DNA from: Vairimorpha necatrix
Lineage: Eukaryota
NCBI GenBank assembly: GCA_036630325.1
Contig: CP142736.1
Span: 558,001 to 622,000, forward strand
DNA length: 64,000 nucleotides
Direction of reading: 5' to 3'
A program made the position numbers and the translations under genes. The first letter of the stretch is position 1. Each line of letters begins with the position of its first letter. This document shows positions 54,077 through 62,615 of the stretch, piece by piece. The notes beneath the pieces are model-generated. The model did not search any database and was not told the origin of the DNA. It worked only from the letters and a program-made list of their open reading frames with translations.

Positions 54077-54300
54077 TAAGTATTTTTGAGTGAACTTTGA
54101 TAGTACGAGAGGAACTCTAAGTGATGACCACTGGTAGTGCGATTAACTATTAAGTTATGTTGCTTAGCTACGTCGTTTCGATTAAGGCTGAAAGCCTCTT
54201 AAGCCTGAAGCGTAGCTCAAAGATATATTTAGGAGAATACTACTCTTTTAAGCAGAACTGTAAGAATGAAGGTGTATGCCGACATTTTGAGGTTACTGCT
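51821..54300 (+). rRNA. LSU rRNA with 5.8S-equivalent fused at its 5' end
   Basis: aacgatgaag (5.8S motif), gaacttaagcatatca, gacccgtcttgaaacacggacc, taactatgactctcttaaggtagccaaa, SRL agtacgagaggaac; ends approximate. Confidence 0.97.
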
Positions 54301-54597
54301 TTTTTTGTATGTATAGTAGGTGTTGTGTTGTATTGAGAGCGTACTTGATGTGGAGGGTGGGACTGATGTTTTTTAACTAGGTGCAGATCTCTAAGTCTTA
54401 CCAACCTTCGGCTGCTGGTTGGTAAGTAGGGTCAGCTATACTCTAGGGGTGGGAGACCCATTGCTGGTATGAAGAACACCGTTAACTTTCGAGTAATTCT
54501 TCATATTTTTAACCTGGGAGAGGTTGGGCATGATACTGAAGCTGTATTGTTCCGCTGAACTGAGTCGTGTTCTTAAATGGTGTATTGAACCAGGCGT

Positions 54598-54666
54598 ACC
54601 CTCCATAAGAGAGCGTCCACGTCGCGGAGGGTGGGACCGATGTTTTTTAACTAGGTGCAGATCTCT
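54598..54666 (+). ncRNA. HDV/CPEB3-like self-cleaving ribozyme (predicted)
   Basis: P1 accctcc/ggagggt, P2 agaga/tctct, P3 gcg/cgc, L3 tccacgt, P1.1 cc/gg, P4 acc..ggt, J4/2 gCaga (C54658). Confidence 0.85.
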
Positions 54667-55118
54667 AAGTCTTACCAACCTTCGGCTGCTGGTTGGTAAG
54701 TAGGGTCAGCTATACTCTAGGGGTGGGAGACCCATTGCTGGTGAGAAGGACACCGTTAACTTTCGAGTAATTCTTCATATTTTTAACCTGGGAGAGGTTG
54801 GGCATGATACTGAAGCTGTATTGTTCCGCTGAACTGAGTCGTGTTCTTAAATGGTGTATTGAACCAGGCGTTGTGTTTTCGTCAGGTCCGCGAAATATGT
54901 AGTCAGAGATGACTAAGGATCTGTTACCTACGGGAACAAATTTTTCTCCTACAAGCGAGGCCGTTGAGGTATGCTGGCGTGTAACCGCAATTATTGATGT
55001 TTTTCTGGTTGGTGGAGTTTTTGGTGGCTTGGTGGCTTTTCTTCGTTTTGCTGATTCTGTCTTTTTTACAATAAACAATTTCAATTTTATTTTTTAATTT
55101 TATTTTATTTTTTTTTTT
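54598..55118 (+). mobile_element. Ribozyme-headed SINE/SIDE-like element, copy 1
   Basis: Defined 5' end at the ribozyme, LINE-like 3' end, T-rich tail, flanked by a 102-bp repeat (54496-54597 / 55119-55220). Confidence 0.78.
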
Positions 55119-55221
55119 ATTCTTCATATTTTAAACCTGGGAGAGGTTGGACATGATACTGAAGCTGTATTGTTCCGCTGAACTGAGTCGTGTTCTTAAA
55201 TGGTGTATTGAACCAGGCGTT

Positions 55222-55290
55222 ACCCTCCATAAGAGAGCGTCCACGTCGCGGAGGGTGGGACCGATGTTTTTTAACTAGGTGCAGATCTCT
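55222..55290 (+). ncRNA. HDV/CPEB3-like ribozyme, second copy (predicted)
   Basis: Identical to 54598-54666; candidate catalytic C at 55282. Confidence 0.85.
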
Positions 55291-55721
55291 AAGTCTTACC
55301 AACCTTCGGCTGCTGGTTGGTAAGTAGGGTCAGCTATACTCTAGGGGTGGGAGACCCATTGCTGGTGAGAAGAACACCGTTAACTTTCGAGTAATTCTTC
55401 ATATTTTTAACCTGGGAGAGGTTGGGCATGATACTGAAGCTGTATTGTTCCGCTGAACTGAGTCGTGTTCTTAAATGGTGTATTGAACCAGGCGTTGTGT
55501 TTTCGTCAGGTCCGCGAAATATGTAGTCAGAGATGACTAAGGATCTGTTACCTACGGGAACAAATTTTTCTCCTACAAGCGAGGCCGTTGAGGTATGCTG
55601 GCGTGTAATCGCAATTATTGATGTTTTTCTGGTTGGTGGAGTTTTTGGTGGCTTGGTGGCTTTTCTTCGTTTTGCTGATTCTGTCTTTTTTACAATAAAC
55701 AATTTTATTTTTTTTTTTTTT
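55222..55721 (+). mobile_element. Ribozyme-headed SINE/SIDE-like element, copy 2
   Basis: Same 5' end as copy 1; 15-bp TSD attgaaccaggcgtt (55207-55221 / 55722-55736). Confidence 0.8.
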
Positions 55722-56099
55722 ATTGAACCAGGCGTTGTGTTTTCGTCAGGTCCGCGAAATATGTAGTCAGAGATGACTAAGGATCTGTTACCTACGGGAA
55801 CAAATTTTTCTTTACAAGCGAGGCCGTTGAGGTATGCTGGCGTGTAATCGCAATTATTGATGTTTTTCTGGTTGGTGGAGTTTTTGGTGGCTTGGTGGCT
55901 TTTCTTCGTTTTGCTGATTCTGTCTGTCAGGGGACAAGCCCAGGTGCATACTGAGACTTGCCCTGCCCAAGGAATGAATTGTGTTTTGACAGGGCTTTGG
56001 AGAGACCAACACATTAATTGAGAAATGACAGGGAAATATGAATGTGGTCCTCAGCAATAGCATATTCAAAAAGAATACCAATGAGTTATAGAAACAATA

Positions 56100-57794
56100 A
56101 TGAAGGGTAAAGCGCAACAAACCAGGAGCAAGCTCAGTAGAGCAAAAAGTGACCACTTTGGTGGTCCAAACAACAATTTAAATACAGAAATGTATTTAAA
56201 ACAACAAACTAAGCATGTATATGCTAATAAAAGTTTCCCAAGTGTTACTTTCAAAAATGATGGAGAAATGAAATATTTTCTCAAGAAAATCAAAATTCTT
56301 TCAGAAAGAATTAATAAAAACGATATTTTTGACACGTCAAAAAAAGAAAATAACAAAGATCTTCTTGATATTAAAAGATACATATCTAGCACTACTGAAT
56401 TAGTATTGATTCAGCAGACATATTTGGAGCTCTTCCATGATAAGCTAGAAAAACAAAATATCAAATTAAAAAATTTGAAAAAAAATAATCTGATGGATGA
56501 CAGTAATCAAATTACAGAATCAACAAAAAATAAAATTGAGATGATGATAGAGAATCACTCAAAAGAATGTGTAGAACAAAAGGATAATAACTCCGATGTT
56601 CCAAATGATACCAGTAGCGAAACCCTTCAGTTAGCTACTGGAAACAATGATATTTCTAAATTAGAAATCATCAATGAAGATGTTTTAATTAATGTCAAAA
56701 ATCTCCCATCTGCTGTCATAAATCTCGACACTGCTGTCAAAGTAGAAGAACAAGATAAATTGTCAGAAGATGGCAAAAGAAAATGTATAGATGTTTCAAA
56801 GGCATCTACAGATATTATAATTAATAAAAATATTAAACCAAAAGATGGTAAGCTAGATATAGCTTCCATTAACAAAAAAGCAGTAGTTAGACATCTGTCA
56901 ACTATCTCTGCTATTATAGCTGGTAAAAGAAAAGCTCCTAAGAATGGAGTCAAGCTTTTCCATATAAACGAAGACGGATGGACATCTGTCAAACACACAT
57001 TCAAGCCTAAAGTCCAGATAGACTTGAAGAAAAACAGAAGTGGTAAAACCACAGATAAAACCAACTTTAATAGATTTAAATCACTTAAAGTAGAAACTAG
57101 TGGCAATGTAAAAGTGCCTAAAAAGATTAATCATGAAGCTGTAAAGAGAAAAGATATCATTCCTAAAAGAGATCATGAAAAAAGAAGATTACTAAATCAG
57201 AAAATAAATTTTACAAAAAAAACGAAGGACAGAAAAAATGAGAAATGTCAACAAAAAAGAAGGCCAGTTTTACCAAAGAAAAACTGGGCCAAAGAGCTAA
57301 CTGAAGAAGCTCTTATGAAAATTATAAAGGATGGTAGAATTATTTCCAAATGTAAGTTTAGGCTAGCTCTTGCTTCTGGACTCGGATTGAAAGGGAAACC
57401 TCAATCTAGAGACGCTTGGGCAGCCTTAGCTGATGTGGAAAATAAAGATATACCACTTATAAAACAATTTAAAGACTCGGAAGTAGTACTTCTGATGATT
57501 AGAGAACACGTGTGCCAAAAGGTACTAAGCAAGATTAAAGAAAAGTTCGGAGGTTCTAATATCTGCGATGAAGTTAATTTCTTCATCGACTTTTTGTCTT
57601 TAACAAAAACAACTGTTCTAGGAGAGCTGCAAAGACTCTCTGGAACGCATAAAAATTTTGTACCGCTTGTAAAAGCATGTTGGTACATAACTAAAGAATT
57701 AAATAAAGAAAAGCCAAACCATGGTTCTTTCATTTATTTAGAAAATATGATGGGTGAGCCTGCCCGAGAATCTAAGGACTTTAACAATGAATAA
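56100..57794 (+). CDS. LINE ORF1 protein (basic, probable N-terminal coiled coil)
   Basis: 564-aa open frame before ORF2; paralog at 62618; no CCHC knuckle seen. Confidence 0.8.
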   Translation: MKGKAQQTRSKLSRAKSDHFGGPNNNLNTEMYLKQQTKHVYANKSFPSVTFKNDGEMKYFLKKIKILSERINKNDIFDTSKKENNKDLLDIKRYISSTTELVLIQQTYLELFHDKLEKQNIKLKNLKKNNLMDDSNQITESTKNKIEMMIENHSKECVEQKDNNSDVPNDTSSETLQLATGNNDISKLEIINEDVLINVKNLPSAVINLDTAVKVEEQDKLSEDGKRKCIDVSKASTDIIINKNIKPKDGKLDIASINKKAVVRHLSTISAIIAGKRKAPKNGVKLFHINEDGWTSVKHTFKPKVQIDLKKNRSGKTTDKTNFNRFKSLKVETSGNVKVPKKINHEAVKRKDIIPKRDHEKRRLLNQKINFTKKTKDRKNEKCQQKRRPVLPKKNWAKELTEEALMKIIKDGRIISKCKFRLALASGLGLKGKPQSRDAWAALADVENKDIPLIKQFKDSEVVLLMIREHVCQKVLSKIKEKFGGSNICDEVNFFIDFLSLTKTTVLGELQRLSGTHKNFVPLVKACWYITKELNKEKPNHGSFIYLENMMGEPARESKDFNNE

Positions 57795-60700
57795 AGTATC
57801 TTTGTTAAAGTCCTGTTATTATAGGAAATTATTTTCCTATAACAAGAGTGATATTTTCAAATCTCTAAATAAAAAAACGCATAATCCAATTGGATTTACT
57901 CAGATTAAAAATACTTTCCAAACGACAACGAGATTGAATAGTCTCAAATATTTTTCTATTAGAAAGAATATGTGGTGGAAGAAAGTACAAGAACAATATT
58001 GTATTGTCAAGATACAAAGAATTCCTTATGGAGTGAAAGATCTCCTCAAAGACTTATGTAAGAAGAACTCTCTTTTGGAGAATTCCATTATTACAGCAAG
58101 AAAGTATAGACGAAGAGACACGTCTTTTACAAAAATAATAGTTGAAAAACTATACGCAAATTTATTGATTAAGACAGTTAAAGCTAAAGGCTTTAAAGTT
58201 TTAAATGATAATAGAAAAAAACTAGAGAAATCTAGTAAAGTAAATAAAAAGACCAAAGAGAACATAAAACTCTTAAGTCTAAACATTAACCATCTCTCTA
58301 ACAAGAGAGAAGAACTCGAGTGGCTTCTAAAGAAGGAGGAACCAGAAATTATGTGTTTACAGGAAACTTGGAGACAATCTACAAGACCTTTAAAACTTGA
58401 AAAATACACTACAGTTGAAACACTTAGTAGTGGAAAAAATAAACCAGGATTAATAACTCTGGTTAGAAATAATGGAGCGATCAGATGTTCCAAAAAAGGA
58501 ACCGACTCAAACATTCTGCAAACTGTAGTTGAGTTTAGTTCAGCAGGCAAATGGATTAAGTATTTAGTCTTAAATGTCTACATACCACAAAACAAGGATC
58601 TCAAAAGGGAGACCTTGGCCAGATTATTTTCTCTTTTAGAAAAAGAGAATTTCAGAAATAACTATAGTGAGATCATAGTGATGGGAGATATGAATATGCA
58701 GAGTTCTAGTCTCAAGAAAAAACTAAAGGTAGTTGGTTTGCCAGTTACAATAAAATATAACAGCAACGATGGTACAAGGATTCTCAAAGATGGTAAAAGA
58801 TCTAAGAGAAAAATTGATACCATCTTTCGACTAAAAAGTAATGATAATGAGAAGATCATTATATCCAAGTCTTGGGTATTAAGTGATCACTTAGTGCTCA
58901 AAAGAAATATTAAACTTACTGTTGATAAGATCTCAGATCAACTAGTTTATGATAAGAAGATGCTGGAAAATCCAAAAGTGATTAAAAAGCTTAAAAAGAA
59001 GTTGTGTAATCAACAATTAAACATGAATAATCTTCCTGAGATTATTCAAAAAGTTTGTACATCTTTGAAGATTTACAAAAAGAGAGGAGGCCATACTGGA
59101 CTTACAATGAGATGGAGATATTTAAAAGTCTTCAAAGAAAAACGTCTAGCAGCAAGAGCTGTTATGAAAAATTATAATGAAATCAACTCAATTAGATTCG
59201 AATATCTCAAAAAGAGAGTAGACGAAACTAAAAAGTTGATTCGCAAAGATAGATCGAAACTTTGGGCTTTAAGAGGAATAAAGCTCTTTAAAAGTAACAG
59301 ATCCCGAGAATTCTGGCAATGGCTGAAAAATAGAAGTGTCTCCATTCGTTTGGATCAAGTGGCTCTAATTGACCACAATAAGATTCTTCAGACTTGCCGA
59401 GCAAAGAAGCTAGAAATAGCGAATAAATTTTACGCTGATTTGGCGTCAGAGAATGATATAGATGTCAATGTCTATGATAAAGTAGATCTTGTTGATCTTC
59501 CCCCAGAGATAACAGATGAAGAATTTCTATCCGCACTGAAGAAATGTGGAAATAACAAAGCAGCCGGTCCTGATGAGATTCCAACCGAGCTATACAAACA
59601 CTTACTGACTAGAGCAGTAGAAGATAAATTCTTTAAATTCATGCTACATGAATTTAATAAATATATTTGTGGAAATAGTCCTCCTGAATACTGGAGCATG
59701 GCAAACATGATTTGCCTTCACAAAAAAGGAGATGAGACAGATCTGAATAATTATAGGGGAATCTCCTTAATTAACACAATTAGTAAGATCTATCTCAAGA
59801 TAATAAATGACAGGTTAACTCAATTTGTCGAAGAACAAGATATACTCTCTAGATACCAAGCAGGATTCCGAGCAGGTGAAGAGTGTATGAATCAGATTAC
59901 ATCTCTACTAGAAATAGTGAGAAGAAGAGAATTCAGAGGCCTGAACACAATAATGTGTTTCATTGACTTTGAAAAAGCTTATGATAATGTAAGTCATGAC
60001 TTATTATTTGAGAAGCTTACAAAACTTAATATCCCATTGTATTTAATCAATACAATAAAGGGTATTTATAAATATACCACCATGCGTGTGAAAATTGGTG
60101 GTGACACGTCAAGTGGCTATAGCTACAGAAAAGGAGTGAGACAAGGGTGCCCTTGTTCTCCAATGCTGTTCAATATATTCATCAATGATACTTTTGACGG
60201 CATAGAAGGAGTTTTGATCCCAAGATCAAATACGAGAGTTCCGGGACTGATGTTCGCAGATGATATTGTTGTCTTCGGAAACAACATTGATGATCTTAAT
60301 AATAAGATCAATAGAATTTCTAATTGGGCGGTTAATAACAGAATGAGGATTAACTGCACAAAAAGCGGAATATTAGAATGGGCTGCTCATTCTAAAATAC
60401 AAGAATTCCGAAGTTTGTATTCTCTCAGTACAGACTTTGGTGTGATTGAGGAAGTCACTGAATACAGATATCTAGGTGTCTTAATTAAAAGAAACACGCT
60501 AGAAGAACACTTGGTCAAAGACGCAGCAATGCGTGGCAAGAAAGCCTTGGACGCCTTGATGCCCAAGTTGATGAATAATAGCATCAACCTTTACTTCAAG
60601 GCGATCTTAATCAAATGTGTACTAGTACCCACACTAATGTATGGTAGTGAACTGTGGGGAATGTCAAGTACAAGAGCAGGTAAGATTAACAGGATCTTAA

Positions 60701-61479
60701 GAAAATCTATCAGAATGATATTCAAAAGAGTATTAGTTCCACTAGATAGAGTAATGGACGAGTTCAGTATCGAACGAATTCATATACAAGCAGCTTTAAG
60801 TAGATTTAGAGCATACAACAAGTGGAAACACAATAAGACAATCATATCGGATATAATTGCAATAAATCCGAAAGAAAGAAAAACTACCTGGTGTTCAAGA
60901 ACACAAAGATGGTTAAAACGATTTGTCGGCAACGAATACGAATCAAGTGATAGTAAATTTATCACTTCAAAAATAATTGATGTACTAAGAAGTCGAAGAA
61001 CTCTAAATACTTCCTTAGCTGCATCAATAGCAAACCAATATGACATAAGAAATTCACAAATAAAATATGTCATGAACAAAATAAATAATAGAAAAATTAG
61101 AACATATACTAGATTGAGATGTAATCTAGTAAAGTGGTCCTCAGCAATAGCATATTCAAAAAGAATACCAATGAGTTATAGAAACGAATGCTTTTTGTGT
61201 GATGGACCACAAGAAAATTTAGAACACTTTCTGCTGGAGTGCGTCTGTTTAACTGACATTAGATCATCTTTTGAAAATAAACTGCCTCTACTGACTTGTT
61301 CAAAAACAAATATCCGAGATAAAACCAAGCAACTCCTTGGTAATAAAATCGGACTAAAAAATAACCCAGATAAGATAAAAGAACTTTGTTGCACTATAGA
61401 GTTCTTAGATAGAATGGTTGTCTCTAGAAGAATTATGATTAATAACAAACTGAAGGAGATAACGAAACAAAATAATTAA
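57787..61479 (+). CDS. LINE ORF2: APE endonuclease, reverse transcriptase, C-terminal CCHC
   Basis: LSLNIN, CLQET, GDMN, SDH; AGPDEIP, NYRGISL, QAGFR, FIDFEKAYD, GVRQG, FADD; CFLC..EHFLLEC. Confidence 0.96.
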   Translation: MNKVSLLKSCYYRKLFSYNKSDIFKSLNKKTHNPIGFTQIKNTFQTTTRLNSLKYFSIRKNMWWKKVQEQYCIVKIQRIPYGVKDLLKDLCKKNSLLENSIITARKYRRRDTSFTKIIVEKLYANLLIKTVKAKGFKVLNDNRKKLEKSSKVNKKTKENIKLLSLNINHLSNKREELEWLLKKEEPEIMCLQETWRQSTRPLKLEKYTTVETLSSGKNKPGLITLVRNNGAIRCSKKGTDSNILQTVVEFSSAGKWIKYLVLNVYIPQNKDLKRETLARLFSLLEKENFRNNYSEIIVMGDMNMQSSSLKKKLKVVGLPVTIKYNSNDGTRILKDGKRSKRKIDTIFRLKSNDNEKIIISKSWVLSDHLVLKRNIKLTVDKISDQLVYDKKMLENPKVIKKLKKKLCNQQLNMNNLPEIIQKVCTSLKIYKKRGGHTGLTMRWRYLKVFKEKRLAARAVMKNYNEINSIRFEYLKKRVDETKKLIRKDRSKLWALRGIKLFKSNRSREFWQWLKNRSVSIRLDQVALIDHNKILQTCRAKKLEIANKFYADLASENDIDVNVYDKVDLVDLPPEITDEEFLSALKKCGNNKAAGPDEIPTELYKHLLTRAVEDKFFKFMLHEFNKYICGNSPPEYWSMANMICLHKKGDETDLNNYRGISLINTISKIYLKIINDRLTQFVEEQDILSRYQAGFRAGEECMNQITSLLEIVRRREFRGLNTIMCFIDFEKAYDNVSHDLLFEKLTKLNIPLYLINTIKGIYKYTTMRVKIGGDTSSGYSYRKGVRQGCPCSPMLFNIFINDTFDGIEGVLIPRSNTRVPGLMFADDIVVFGNNIDDLNNKINRISNWAVNNRMRINCTKSGILEWAAHSKIQEFRSLYSLSTDFGVIEEVTEYRYLGVLIKRNTLEEHLVKDAAMRGKKALDALMPKLMNNSINLYFKAILIKCVLVPTLMYGSELWGMSSTRAGKINRILRKSIRMIFKRVLVPLDRVMDEFSIERIHIQAALSRFRAYNKWKHNKTIISDIIAINPKERKTTWCSRTQRWLKRFVGNEYESSDSKFITSKIIDVLRSRRTLNTSLAASIANQYDIRNSQIKYVMNKINNRKIRTYTRLRCNLVKWSSAIAYSKRIPMSYRNECFLCDGPQENLEHFLLECVCLTDIRSSFENKLPLLTCSKTNIRDKTKQLLGNKIGLKNNPDKIKELCCTIEFLDRMVVSRRIMINNKLKEITKQNN

Positions 61480-61886
61480 TATAGCTTAATTAAAAAAAAT
61501 GAAAATCTAGAATTAGAAGAAAGAAGTGTTATATTATTAACAAAAAGACTTATATTTAATTATATTTGACCTGGGAGAGGTCGGGCATGATACTGATGCT
61601 GTATTGTTCCGCTGAACTGAGTCGTGTTCTTAAATGGTGTATTGAGCCAGGCGTTTTCGTTTTTCATTAGACCCGTGAAAATGGGTCTCTAGTCATATTA
61701 TGACTAAGGATGTGTCCTATGGGAACAAACTTTTCTCCTACAAGCGAGGCCGTTAAGGTATGCTGGCGTGTAAACGCAATTATTGATGATTTTTTCTTTA
61801 TTAGTGGAGTTTTTGGTGGCTTGGAGGCTTTTCTTCGTTTTGCTGATTCTGTCTTTTTTACAATAAACAATTTTATTTTATTTTTT

Positions 61887-62600
61887 ATGAGTTATAGAAA
61901 CGAATGCTTTTTGTGTGATGGACCACAAGAAAATTTAGAACACTTTCTGCTGGAGTGCGTCTGTTTAACTGACATTAGATCATCTTTTGAAAATAAACTG
62001 CCTCTACTGACTTGTTCAAAAACAAATATCCGAGATAAAACCAAGCAACTCCTTGGTAATAAAATCGGACTAAAAAATAACCCAGATAAGATAAAAGAAC
62101 TTTGTTGCACTATAGAGTTCTTAGATAGAATGGTTGTCTCTAGAAGAATTATGATTAATAACAAACTGAAGGAGATAACGAAACAAAATAATTAATATAG
62201 CTTAATTAAAAAAAATGAAAATCTAGAATTAGAAGAAAGAAGTGTTATATTATTAACAAAAAGACTTATATTTAATTATATTTGACCTGGGAGAGGTCGG
62301 GCATGATACTGATGCTGTATTGTTCCGCTGAACTGAGTCGTGTTCTTAAATGGTGTATTGAGCCAGGCGTTTTCGTTTTTCATTAGACCCGTGAAAGTGG
62401 GTCTCTAGTCATATTATGACTAAGGATGTGTCCTATGGGAACAAACTTTTCTCCTACAAGCGAGGCCGTTAAGGTATGCTGGCGTGTAAACGCAATTATT
62501 GATGATTTTTTCTTTATTAGTGGAGTTTTTGGTGGCTTGGAGGCTTTTCTTCGTTTTGCTGATTCTGTCTTTTTTACAATAAACAATTTTATTTTTTTTT
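61887..62600 (+). mobile_element. Right part of a 5'-truncated LINE copy (left part 56044-56095) hosting the intact element
   Basis: Near-identical to 61171-61886. Confidence 0.88.
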
Positions 62601-62615
62601 TGTTGCACTATAGAG

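Larger units (their letters stand above)
54335..55925 (+). repeat. Nested array of short non-autonomous retroelements sharing the LINE 3' UTR
   Basis: Module order A'-B-[A-B-C-Tn]-B-[A-B-C-Tn]-b-C; B+C are homologous to 61563-61886. Confidence 0.88.
56096..61886 (+). mobile_element. Two-ORF APE-RT non-LTR retrotransposon with both ORFs intact
   Basis: ORF1 + ORF2, 3' UTR ending aataaacaa plus T-rich tail, 15-bp TSD atgagttatagaaac (56081-56095 / 61887-61901). Confidence 0.92.

Noticed and set aside
54655-54760. 5S rRNA gene
   Set aside because: Only short similarities; no 5S termini or helix I.
54870-54900. Hammerhead core CUGACGA on the minus strand
   Set aside because: No stem II/GAAA, and the LINE copy reads CUAAUGA.
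50876-56156. Short ORFs over the rDNA and repeat array
   Set aside because: Shadow frames of rRNA and non-coding repeats.
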